Source of the DNA: Chitinivibrionales bacterium
Lineage (GTDB): Bacteria; Fibrobacterota; Chitinivibrionia; Chitinivibrionales; WJKA01
Assembly (NCBI GenBank): GCA_038247415.1
Contig: JBBRUX010000038.1
Location: 1-38,803, forward strand
DNA: 38,803 nt
Direction of reading: 5' to 3'
The position numbers were made by a program, and so were the translations under genes. The notes beneath the pieces are model-generated. The model saw only the letters and a program-made list of their open reading frames with translations, did not search any database and was not told where the DNA came from. Of the stretch, positions 30,310 to 38,803 are shown piece by piece (position 1 is the stretch's first letter; each line of letters opens with the position of its first letter).

Positions 30310-31545
30310 ATGATACCCGGAATAGGCCCACGTATGCCAGAACCACTTTATGATGTAATAATAGTTGGGGCTGGGCCAGTTGGTCTCCTTCTGGCAAATT
30401 TGCTCGGACACAAAGGGCTAAAATGCCTCCTTCTCGAAAAAAGATGCACTGTTTTTCAGCACTCAAAAGCAATTGGAATTACACCACCATCGCTGGATAT
30501 CCTTAAAAAACTTACTTTAATCGATCAATTTCTGAGCGCTGGAACTCCAATAAGCGCAGCAATCATTCACGGAACAAAGCAGACTCTTGGATCCATTTCT
30601 TTTGACGCTATCGCTTCTGAATTCCCCTACATTTTGTCTGTGCCACAGTGTGCCACTGAAACAATTTTAGAGAATAATCTTAAAAAATTTGAAACTATCA
30701 TGGTGCAAAGAAATTGCGAAGTGGTAGAAGTCAATGTGACTGCAGATGATAGGGTAGAGGTGATTACCGTGCAAGCCAGCGCTCAAACACATTTGTACTC
30801 AGCTCGCTTTGTGTGCGCGTGCGATGGCGGGGACAGTATTGTTCGCACTCACATGAATATTCGCAGTATTGGAGCCCCTTATAACGATGCTTTTTTAATG
30901 GGGGATTTTGAAGATGATACAAACTTTTGCAACGAAGCCCACCTCTTCTTTACAAAATATGGACCGGTAGAATCCTTTCCGTTGCCACATAAAATAAGAA
31001 GATGGATTGTTGATATCGAAATCAATAAAGACACCATTTTGGAAGGTTTGCTCGAAAGAAAAGTTTTGGAGCGAACAGGTATTGATATTAACAAATCAAA
31101 TAAATTAACCGAAAGTACCTTTGGAACCCAGCACTTTTTAAACACAGCATTTCATAAAAACCGAGTGCTCTTTTGCGGTGACAGCGCGCATCTTATGAGC
31201 CCGATTGGAGGTCAAGGGATGAATACCGGTTTTGCTGATGCAGAGCTTGCAGCCCATATTCTTGCAAAGACAATTGCACACAATTGCAATCATCAAGAGC
31301 TCTTTGCAGGCTACACAAAGCTTCGCAAAGCTGCTGCCAAAACGGCACTACAGCGAGCGTTTCTTTCGATGAGAATCGGAACTGCCAAAGGCTTAATTGT
31401 TTCTGCCATGCGAAATTTTATCATTCAAAAATATATCGCTTTCGCAAAAAATAAAATCCCCACAACGTTTGCGATGCTTGATATTCCGATTGGGAGTATT
31501 GAAAAGATTGAGGAGTTTAAGAAATTTACCAAGGTTGATTGCTAG
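30310..31545 (+). CDS. FAD-dependent monooxygenase (FAD_binding_3)
   Basis: VGAGPVGL, ACDGGDSIVR, GDSAHLMSPIGGQGMNTG; start may be ATG 30334. Confidence 0.9.
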   Translation: MIPGIGPRMPEPLYDVIIVGAGPVGLLLANLLGHKGLKCLLLEKRCTVFQHSKAIGITPPSLDILKKLTLIDQFLSAGTPISAAIIHGTKQTLGSISFDAIASEFPYILSVPQCATETILENNLKKFETIMVQRNCEVVEVNVTADDRVEVITVQASAQTHLYSARFVCACDGGDSIVRTHMNIRSIGAPYNDAFLMGDFEDDTNFCNEAHLFFTKYGPVESFPLPHKIRRWIVDIEINKDTILEGLLERKVLERTGIDINKSNKLTESTFGTQHFLNTAFHKNRVLFCGDSAHLMSPIGGQGMNTGFADAELAAHILAKTIAHNCNHQELFAGYTKLRKAAAKTALQRAFLSMRIGTAKGLIVSAMRNFIIQKYIAFAKNKIPTTFAMLDIPIGSIEKIEEFKKFTKVDC

Positions 31546-31810
31546 TAAATTATTTGGCCTACATGAAACGCAGATAACCATAGCAGAAGAAGCGAGTTTA
31601 TAATCGAAGACGAAACACCCTTGTTTAATACTAGTTTACATAATATATATTATGCGACATTAACCAGAAGGTGGTTGCTGAGCGGGGTCGAAGTACGTCT
31701 AAGGACCGGGCGATGAGGTTTTAATCTAGAGATTATCGCAGTACCAGGATTGAATCAAATAAGTAGGGTATTAAGAGAGGTAAAATGTATACAAGCTACT
31801 TCCCCACTCT

Positions 31811-31848
31811 AAAAACACAATGCAGAACAACTAAGCTCTGCATTGTGT
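31811..31848 (-). terminator. Rho-independent terminator of the glutamate-synthase-like gene
   Basis: Perfect 12-bp stem ACACAATGCAGA (31815-31826) / TCTGCATTGTGT (31837-31848) followed by a T-run on the minus strand, 14 nt after the stop. Confidence 0.8.
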
Positions 31849-31862
31849 GATAAGGAGCTGAT

Positions 31863-33506
31863 TTATTTCCCGTTAAGGATAGAAATCGCCTTCTCATTTT
31901 GAGCATCTGTCATAAATGGAATTCCAGAAACTTCTGCGGTTTCGCGATTTGAAGCCATAAGATCTGCACGATCTATGCTCGAAAGATTAAATTTGCGCGC
32001 ACCTGCCATAAATTGCTGAAGTCCGCAAGAAAGCTTATCTGCATATCCATACATTGCAATAGCACCAAAAGGAACTTTTTCCATTTCGGCTGCGCCAACC
32101 TTTGATTTAATTGTTTCCCAGCCAGAAAAAATTTCTTCTGGATAGGTCCCAATAGCCTTAACTGTTGGAGGCAATTCTTCCCAATGACCGTTAACAGTAG
32201 CTTTTCGTTCTGGTTTAAAAACACCTTCGATATTGCTCCCAAGGTAGCCAGGAATCATTGGTGCGCGACCCATACACACAAGTTTTGTGAACGGTGCACA
32301 CAGCGCAAGTGCTTTAAAAATATGGTCTTCACGAGCGAATCCTCCAGCAAGAGATAAATCGGGAACTCTCTTGCCTTGTTTCTGGAGTTGGACGCAATAT
32401 TCATATGTTTTCGCATGCAATGCCAAGCTAGGAACGCCCCAATGCTGCATCATGTTCCAAGGACTCATGCCAGTACCACCGCCCGAACCATCGATCGTAA
32501 GTAGATCTATGTTGTTGTCTGATGAGCACTTAAGCGCGAGGGCTAATCCTTCCATGCCATACGAGCCAGTTTTAAGCGTAATGCGTTTAAAACCAAGTTT
32601 GCGTAAACCAACAACTGCATCTGCAAACCCTTTCTGAACCTGTGCCGATGTATCCTGGTCGGTTCCACCTAACCTGCTGTGACGAGCGAAGGCCTTGATA
32701 GCGCGAGCTTTATATGCAGCTTCTACATCAGGCTCATAAGGATTTGGATCTACCACATAGCCACGATCTTTTAAGAATTTTGCATAAGCAATATCAGCTA
32801 CTTGAATTTCTCCGCCAATATCTTTTGCGCCTTGTCCCCATTTAAGTTCGATAATGACCTTATCACCATATTTATCAATAATATATTGAGCCACGCCATT
32901 GCGAGTATCTTCAACATTCATTTGAACTATTACTGCACCATTTCCATCGAAGTATTTGAGATACATATCGATACGACGATCAAGCTCTGGTGCGCTGCTT
33001 ATTTTTCCGTTGCCCATAACTGATTGTTTGTCTACACCAACAACATTTTCTCCAATAACAATTGGAATCCCACATAATGCAGCGCCCACAGCGAACGAGT
33101 CCCAATATTTGGCAGCAATAAAAGTAGAGCCAAGTGCACCGGTCATTATTGGCCGACTGCATGCTGTTTTAGTAGTCGTTCCAAAGCTTGTCGATATATC
33201 AACATTAGGGAAAATGCAGTCATCGGCGTTGTTCGTTAACCCTTTTGCGAGTCCATGTGCTCCATAAGGATATCCTTGAATTCGAAGGGCATTATATCCT
33301 ATGCCAACCGCAGTTACGTTAGAAGATCCAGAGGTAATATTGCCAAACTCTCGAGGATACAAAATTTTTCGCCCAACAAGCGACGACATCCATGTTTCAC
33401 ACTTGCCTTTACAGTCCGACATACAGAGTGTACATAGACCAGACTCGCAGGGGTTTCCACGATTAACTGTTCCCAAAGCATCGTTTTGCTTGTCCCATGA
33501 AATCAT
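31863..33506 (-). CDS. FMN-binding glutamate synthase family protein (stand-alone FMN domain)
   Basis: IELKWGQGAK, LTIDGSGGGTG, KALAL...MGRAPM; N-terminal Cys cluster CESGLCTLCMSDCKGKC; RBS AGGAG. Confidence 0.88.
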   Translation of the reverse strand: MISWDKQNDALGTVNRGNPCESGLCTLCMSDCKGKCETWMSSLVGRKILYPREFGNITSGSSNVTAVGIGYNALRIQGYPYGAHGLAKGLTNNADDCIFPNVDISTSFGTTTKTACSRPIMTGALGSTFIAAKYWDSFAVGAALCGIPIVIGENVVGVDKQSVMGNGKISSAPELDRRIDMYLKYFDGNGAVIVQMNVEDTRNGVAQYIIDKYGDKVIIELKWGQGAKDIGGEIQVADIAYAKFLKDRGYVVDPNPYEPDVEAAYKARAIKAFARHSRLGGTDQDTSAQVQKGFADAVVGLRKLGFKRITLKTGSYGMEGLALALKCSSDNNIDLLTIDGSGGGTGMSPWNMMQHWGVPSLALHAKTYEYCVQLQKQGKRVPDLSLAGGFAREDHIFKALALCAPFTKLVCMGRAPMIPGYLGSNIEGVFKPERKATVNGHWEELPPTVKAIGTYPEEIFSGWETIKSKVGAAEMEKVPFGAIAMYGYADKLSCGLQQFMAGARKFNLSSIDRADLMASNRETAEVSGIPFMTDAQNEKAISILNGK

Positions 33507-33625
33507 AGATGTCTCCTCTACAGAAAGAATGTGAGTTTGGCAACTTTTTGCCTTTAATTACATTTAATAAATGTTGTGGAAACTTGATAGGCAAGAGTGT
33601 TTTTAAATTAAATCGGGATATGTTC

Positions 33626-33794
33626 ATTTCCGGTAGAATTGCCATTGTATTGGAAAAATTAGGATATTAGCGCATTGCTGTAATGAAATAGATTCATTGC
33701 AATTTAATGTTCTTAGTGAAATTTGCTTGATAATTATATATATTAGTCATTAATCCAATAATAATTGTGCTGCCAATTTCCGGCAATTTTGCCA
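33626..33794. promoter_or_regulatory. Repeated candidate operator in the divergent promoter region
   Basis: ATTTCCGGTAGAATTGCCA (33626-33644) and ATTTCCGGCAATTTTGCCA (33776-33794), 15/19 identical; related palindrome GGCAACTTTTTGCC at 33539-33552. Confidence 0.5.
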
Positions 33795-33808
33795 ATTAAA
33801 AGGAATTC

Positions 33809-34825
33809 ATGAAAAAACGATCACGCCGCAAGACTGCCTTGATGCGACTCATCAAAGAATCCTCCCCTTCTTTGAGCTCCTCAGATTTAACAGCGTTACT
33901 CAATGAATCGGGCTATGAGTTTAGCGAGCGGAGCGTGCGGCTTTATCTGGTAGAATTGCTGGACGAAGGTTTTCTTGCCGTAAAAGGACGCAACCGTTTT
34001 TTATCCGAAAAAGGGATCGATTATTTGCGTGTTCAACAGCTCGCGAATGGGATTAATTACCTTTCTGCAAAAATAGACCAAATGACCTATAGAATGACCT
34101 TTGATCTCGAGCGAAAATCTGGGACTGTTGTGGTCAATATGTCGGTCGTTCCAAAAGAAATCTTTTTGCGCTATCTCGAACCTATGTGCCAGGTTTTCGA
34201 AAAAGGCTATGCAATGGGATTGCTTACTACGCTTATAGATTCTGGCGAATGCGTTGGGGAGACAATTGTACCCGATGGCATGGTTGGCTTTTGCACAGTA
34301 TGTTCCGTAACGCTCAATGGCGTTCTTTTAAAACATGCAATTCCTGTAACAAGCCGTTTTGGTGGACTCATGCAAATTGAAGATAACAAGCCTGTTCGTT
34401 TTGTTGAAATTATTCATTACGAAGCTACCAGTATCGACCCGCTTGAAGTTTTTATTAGGAGTGGTATGACCGATTACTGCGGAGCCATTCGAGACGGTAA
34501 CGGTCGCATTGGTGCTGGATTTAGAGAAATTCCAGCCGACGGTAAAAACCTAGTCGAATCACTTGCTGTGAGATTAAAAGAATGTGGATTGGGTGGTTTC
34601 ATGAAAATAGGCCTTAATGGGCAACCGTTACTAGATACGCCTGTTGGTGAAGGACGAATTGGTGCGATTGTTGTTGGAGGATTAAATCCTATTGCCATAA
34701 TCGAAGAAAATGGTCATCGCATTGCATCCCGCGCTATGTCGGGAATTATGGATTATTCACGATTATTTCCGTATTATGAACTCCCCGACCGTATGAAAAA
34801 ATTAAGTCAAAAACCCAGTGGTTAG
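33809..34825 (+). CDS. nrpR: NrpR-family nitrogen regulator (winged HTH plus one DUF128/NrpR domain)
   Basis: SERSVRLYL...LSEKG HTH; GTVVVN, TVCSVTLNGVLLKHAIP...FGG, SIDPLEVFI, VGGLNPIA. Confidence 0.85.
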   Translation: MKKRSRRKTALMRLIKESSPSLSSSDLTALLNESGYEFSERSVRLYLVELLDEGFLAVKGRNRFLSEKGIDYLRVQQLANGINYLSAKIDQMTYRMTFDLERKSGTVVVNMSVVPKEIFLRYLEPMCQVFEKGYAMGLLTTLIDSGECVGETIVPDGMVGFCTVCSVTLNGVLLKHAIPVTSRFGGLMQIEDNKPVRFVEIIHYEATSIDPLEVFIRSGMTDYCGAIRDGNGRIGAGFREIPADGKNLVESLAVRLKECGLGGFMKIGLNGQPLLDTPVGEGRIGAIVVGGLNPIAIIEENGHRIASRAMSGIMDYSRLFPYYELPDRMKKLSQKPSG

Positions 34826-34939
34826 TTTAAGCTCATTACAGCACCCACACATAACCGCAAATTATTTTCTTTTTATGCCTTCCCCCATAAAAGCGAATCC
34901 CTGTTTTCATCAGTAATCATCATCTAGAAAATAAGCACC

Positions 34940-36469
34940 ATGCTTGTTATATATGTATTGATAGCTATTTTCCTGCTTCTTTTGAATGCTTTCTTCGTGC
35001 TTGCAGAATTTGCTGCTGTTAAAGCTCGCCCCACCCAGATCGAAGCACTTGCAGAAAAAGGTAGTACTCGAGCCAAACGGGTTCAATATATCCAAACTCA
35101 CTTGGATCGTTTCCTTTCGGTATGTCAAATCGGAATTACCCTAGCAAGCATCGGCTTGGGGTTTGTTGGCGAACCAGCAATTGCGACTATCGTAAAACCT
35201 ATTGTTCACTTGATTGGAATCGGGAACGCCTCAACCATAACTATTCATGGAATATCTATCTTTATTGCGTATATCCTGGTTTCTTTTCTGCATATCGTGA
35301 TTGGCGAATTGGTTCCTAAATCTGTAGCGATTCGGAAAACGGTTAGTTCGGCACTTCTAACTGCGTACCCAATGATGTTCTTTTATTACTTTTTTATTGT
35401 GCCGCTTTGGATTCTTAATTCAACTTCAAATGCAATTTTGCGTATATTGCGTATCGCACCAGTACAAGGGCATGGCGCACACTCAGAGGATGAGATTAAA
35501 ATTATTCTCGACCAAGCCCAATCTACCGGTATGATGTCTTTTAGGAGATTATTATACATCGAAAATATTTTAGACCTTGGCGATTTGACGGCCCAAAACG
35601 CAATGCAAGGAATTGGTAAAACACAGTCGCTTCATTTGGATATGACGCAGGAACAGATTGATGGAATAACTGCGAAATATCATTATTCTCGATACCCATT
35701 ATTGAATAAAGAGTCTGGTATTCCCATTGGCTTTATTCATATCAAAGATTTATATGACGCATCCCGCACCGGAAAAACTGGGCTTAAACTTCACTCTCAT
35801 GTTCGTTATGGACTTAAAGTCACCGAAAATCAGCCGCTAGAATCTCTGTTGCCAGAAATGCAACAAAAAGGAAATCATATAGCATTTGTATACGATGACC
35901 AAGGCGAATGGACTGGTATTATCACCCTTGAGGATGTGCTCGAAGAAGTGGTTGGAACAATTGAAGAAGAGTATCCGATCGAACAAAATATTCGTCTTAT
36001 TAGCGTGTTAAAATCGGCAGATCAAATTGTTTTAGATGTTGAGGGAACTACTATCGTTTCTGCTACGAATTATGCTTTGTCAAAAATTAGTCCTTCAATT
36101 TTAGGGATGCCTCTTCAGGTGATTATGCCTCATATCGCAGAACGCGAGCGCATCGTGAGTACGTATGTGGGGCAAAAGTTGGCGATTCCTCACGCACGCT
36201 TTAAGGCACTTGCTAAACCTGTACTCATTATTGCGCGTCTTAAAAAACCCATCCAGGCCCCAACGCCAATTAGCAGCGAGAAGATCCATTTTCTTTTTGT
36301 TTTGCTAACGCCTGTCAGTTCTCCGCGAATGCATCAAATACTTTTAGGCCATATTGCCCGTCTGTTCGAAAGCGAGTTTTTAGAAGCTCGACTCGAAGAT
36401 GCTACAACATCCGAAGAATTATTTGAGGCTATTTCTGCTACCGAACAAGCAACCGATATGACGATCTAA
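34940..36469 (+). CDS. CNNM/DUF21-CBS (hemolysin family) membrane protein fused to a C-terminal PTS EIIA-2 domain
   Basis: LLNAFFVLAEFA, CQIGITLASIGLG, GELVPKS, YSRYP, GIITLEDVLEEVVG; then ERERIVSTYVGQKLAIPHAR. Confidence 0.88.
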   Translation: MLVIYVLIAIFLLLLNAFFVLAEFAAVKARPTQIEALAEKGSTRAKRVQYIQTHLDRFLSVCQIGITLASIGLGFVGEPAIATIVKPIVHLIGIGNASTITIHGISIFIAYILVSFLHIVIGELVPKSVAIRKTVSSALLTAYPMMFFYYFFIVPLWILNSTSNAILRILRIAPVQGHGAHSEDEIKIILDQAQSTGMMSFRRLLYIENILDLGDLTAQNAMQGIGKTQSLHLDMTQEQIDGITAKYHYSRYPLLNKESGIPIGFIHIKDLYDASRTGKTGLKLHSHVRYGLKVTENQPLESLLPEMQQKGNHIAFVYDDQGEWTGIITLEDVLEEVVGTIEEEYPIEQNIRLISVLKSADQIVLDVEGTTIVSATNYALSKISPSILGMPLQVIMPHIAERERIVSTYVGQKLAIPHARFKALAKPVLIIARLKKPIQAPTPISSEKIHFLFVLLTPVSSPRMHQILLGHIARLFESEFLEARLEDATTSEELFEAISATEQATDMTI

Positions 36470-36526
36470 GCAAAAATAACCTTTTAAGAAATTTGCCTTG
36501 GCTAACTAAACAGTCTTTGTATAAAT

Positions 36527-37480
36527 CTATACATCATACAAGAACACATCTGTATTGCCTTCGGCAGAAATGGGAGAATCGTTGATTGCCACATAGTTCA
36601 TGTCTGATAATCGTACAATGCGAGGCTGAGGCAAACCTTTTGCAAAAAAACCTTCTTTGTAAACCGACATGGTAAGATAATCGCGCTGTGGCATCCACCT
36701 AAGGCTTTCATGAAAGCAATCGGGATCTAAAACCTTCGGCACCAAACTTGTTCTCAGCAACTCTTTGTCGTGTTTGTCGACAATCCTAATCTGCTGATGC
36801 GCTTCGATATCGCCATTGGTATACAAAACATCATAGCTACCGTCTCGTGCTATGGTTGGCCAACACCCATTAATGGCAAATTTTGTAATAGATTTGCTTG
36901 CTACTTCCATAATGCCTAAATCGTTATAATTTGGAAACCCGCCAGCCATATATTTGCCATCAGGCGACATAGACGCCCAGCACGTAGATCCAGCCCACTC
37001 AGGACGAGCCCAGGTTACCTTGACAATTTCTATTTTTTCGCTTGGATTATCGATGTTTATTTGATACAGAGACGAAGGAGCATCAAGCGCATCTTTTGCT
37101 TCCGATGCAAAAACCCATTGTTTGCCATCGGGGGTTGCAAAGCAATGTCCATCGCCATCGAAACCCTCTGCAATACACCGTTTGTTTTTTCCATCAAAGT
37201 CAATAACATATATTTTCCGCTGGTCATTATCGGTAAAGGTAATGCGTTTTCCATCCCAGGTAAAGCTTGCTGCAGAAAAGTGGGATCCATCGGTTTTTGG
37301 AACAAGTTCACGTACTATACCGTCTGCCGAATCTAAAACTTTAAGCGAATTTGGCACTCCCCTATCAAAATTTGGCTTACGCCCATCTGCACCCTCTACT
37401 TGCCAAACAACCCGCGCACAGGTATGAGCTCCCAGTAGTGATTTGAACTCTGAAATCAGTTGCTCTGGCTTTTTTGCCAT
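36527..37480 (-). CDS. TolB-like beta-propeller (PD40-type) protein
   Basis: SFTWDGKRITF...IYVIDFDG and SMSPDGKYM repeats. Confidence 0.6.
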   Translation of the reverse strand: MAKKPEQLISEFKSLLGAHTCARVVWQVEGADGRKPNFDRGVPNSLKVLDSADGIVRELVPKTDGSHFSAASFTWDGKRITFTDNDQRKIYVIDFDGKNKRCIAEGFDGDGHCFATPDGKQWVFASEAKDALDAPSSLYQINIDNPSEKIEIVKVTWARPEWAGSTCWASMSPDGKYMAGGFPNYNDLGIMEVASKSITKFAINGCWPTIARDGSYDVLYTNGDIEAHQQIRIVDKHDKELLRTSLVPKVLDPDCFHESLRWMPQRDYLTMSVYKEGFFAKGLPQPRIVRLSDMNYVAINDSPISAEGNTDVFLYDV

Positions 37481-37643
37481 ACAAAAGGCCCCATATTTTA
37501 AAATGAGTTTGAAGTTTTCTTTTGAACGTAATGATTAAAAATACTCATCTGCAATTTAAATGGCTAAGCATTTTGGACTAAATTTATATAAACACAATCT
37601 TGGATCTGGATCTTACAAGTCCGATTCTGGGCGCCCAACGTAG

Positions 37644-37809
37644 GAATTAATTATGGTAATCGCATAATCCTTGTAATCATGTTCAGGCCCCTCTCATGTC
37701 AAGAGCATTAACCAGAACTCAAGCATGAAAGCAAAACGGAGTGAATCACTCAGTCTTGAATGCCTCAGGCACGAAGTACCGCAGGGCATGAAAGACCGGC
37801 AGGCAAAGC
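37644..37809 (+). repeat. Left copy of a ~165-bp structured non-coding repeat, inverted relative to 38574-38738
   Basis: First 76 nt are 71/76 identical to the reverse complement of 38663-38738; ungapped similarity continues over the next 80 nt (54/80). Confidence 0.9.
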
Positions 37810-37843
37810 CCCGTTCTTGTTTGTATTATATTTTTTTGATTCA

Positions 37844-38107
37844 TCACACTAATTCCCATCTCCCATTTTTCTCTATTTCCTTATACATTGCATCGGGAGC
37901 TAGATCCACTTCACCGGGCCACTCAACAAAACCATTTTCGCAATCGACTTGAGAGAATATTTCGGGTTTTTTTAGAACTTCAAAGACACCCTTTAAGTGG
38001 CTTTCCTTGAATATCACTTCGCCTTGAAGTCCATCACGAAACCTGATACTCAAACGTAAATGACCGACCGCTATTACTTGTACAACATCGTAATTCATAA
38101 GATTCAC
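37844..38107 (-). CDS. DUF2442-family protein (putative antitoxin)
   Basis: LSIRFRDG...VFEVLK.PEIF.QV...VEWPGEVDLAPDAMY; overlaps the DUF4160 stop (GTGA). Confidence 0.85.
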   Translation of the reverse strand: MNLMNYDVVQVIAVGHLRLSIRFRDGLQGEVIFKESHLKGVFEVLKKPEIFSQVDCENGFVEWPGEVDLAPDAMYKEIEKNGRWELV

Positions 38108-38364
38108 TCCAATGGGCTAATCCGTTTAGGCGGTTGCTTGCTGATGCACAATTCCCAATCTGCACGTAATTCATTCCGATGCATCGCAGCCCATTCAAAA
38201 ACCAGCCCAATGACACGATTAGGAAGGTGTCCCTCTACTATTTCGAGCGTATCAATGGCTATTTTTGCTTTGAATTCGCCATATTCCGCATGAAAATGCG
38301 GTGGCGCATGGTCATCATAAAACATGCGGATAAATATACCGAAAAACATAGAAATAGTTGGCAT
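38104..38364 (-). CDS. DUF4160-family protein (putative toxin)
   Basis: MPTISMFFGIFIRMFYDDHAPPHFHAEYG...EWAAMHRNELRADW; RBS AAGGA. Confidence 0.9.
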   Translation of the reverse strand: MPTISMFFGIFIRMFYDDHAPPHFHAEYGEFKAKIAIDTLEIVEGHLPNRVIGLVFEWAAMHRNELRADWELCISKQPPKRISPLE

Positions 38365-38573
38365 TTTACATCCTTAATTTAAACAGCGTTTATCTATAAA
38401 GATACAATAACTACGCTTGGAATATTTATATATTACGAATTGGAAATGTGCATACCCATATTTTAAAAAATAAATCTACACTACTTTCTGAATATGGGTG
38501 CCGAACTAATAAATTCATACAATCTGAATCTGGGCGCCACGGTTGCCACCGTCGGCCCTTCTTACGTGCTCTT

Positions 38574-38738
38574 GCTTTCCAACCTGTCTGTCAAGCCCTG
38601 CGGTGCTTTGCACCTTGGTCTTTCCAGACTGATAGACTCACGCTGTTCATCCATCACACTCCAGTCCTGGCTAATGCTCTTGACATGAAAGGGGCCTGAA
38701 CATGATTACAAGGATTATGCAATTACCATGATTAATTC
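38574..38738 (-). repeat. Right copy of the ~165-bp structured non-coding repeat
   Basis: Reverse complement aligns to 37644-37809; its outer part is also the left arm of a GATT/AATC palindrome extending to about 38785. Confidence 0.9.
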
Positions 38739-38803
38739 GGACAGAAATCAAGATCATAAAGGTAATCATGTGAATCAAGGTTCAAATAGTTGACTTTTGC
38801 GCC

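Noticed and set aside
31665..31750. GC-richer intergenic stretch as a tRNA or riboswitch
   Set aside because: No acceptor stem, T-loop or known aptamer; only a REP-like half motif (GCTGAGCGGGGTCGAAG) and a weak stem.
33539..33552. Sigma-54 promoter
   Set aside because: GG-to-GC spacing is 9 nt on both strands, not the required 10.
4124..37427. Many short antisense or alternate-frame ORFs nested in long genes
   Set aside because: Shadow ORFs with no motifs, fully overlapped by well-supported genes.
37626..38538. TCTGGGCGCC direct repeat (37626-37635 and 38529-38538) as a target-site duplication
   Set aside because: One copy is outside and the other inside the inverted arms, which does not fit a TSD; too short to interpret.
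37725..38699. Plus-strand ORFs 37725-37952, 38448-38699 and 38494-38688
   Set aside because: They overlap the structured repeats or lie antisense to the TA genes; the repeat divergence fits base pairing rather than codon conservation.
1..38803. Complete DGR (template repeat and reverse transcriptase), retron or group II intron
   Set aside because: No ORF with RT motifs (YxDD in RT context) and no second, A-rich copy of the VR found by eye.
1..38803. CRISPR array, rRNA or tRNA genes
   Set aside because: No regularly spaced direct repeats, cas genes, cloverleaf or rRNA-like sequence seen.

Overview
Bacterial chromosomal window, probably Fibrobacterota or a related FCB lineage. This is an inference from the lpxC-fabZ fusion, a FISUMP domain and a T9SS/PorU-like gene. 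Positions 1-3.3 kb are a patchwork of fused gene fragments: a hypothetical gene joined to an HsdR C-terminus, an attC-like site, a FISUMP gene whose 3' end looks like a diversity-generating retroelement (DGR) variable region, an Avd-like fragment fused to a RhuM-like fragment, a REP hairpin, a truncated RAYT and a truncated hemerythrin. No reverse transcriptase or template repeat is visible. The middle holds a TrmH methylase, a Ski2-like helicase, a CheR / hybrid kinase / hybrid kinase / receiver cluster lacking CheB, araB-araD, a CDGSH protein, a decayed PorU-like gene, an lpxC-fabZ/lpxA operon, a beta-helix carbohydrate enzyme, ogt and a FAD monooxygenase. A nitrogen module follows: an FMN glutamate-synthase-like gene divergent from nrpR, then a CNNM-PTS EIIA fusion. 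The right end has a DUF4160/DUF2442 putative toxin-antitoxin pair between two ~165-bp inverted copies of a non-coding element whose inner hairpin shows compensatory base changes. All family calls come from motif recognition by eye; no database searches were run.
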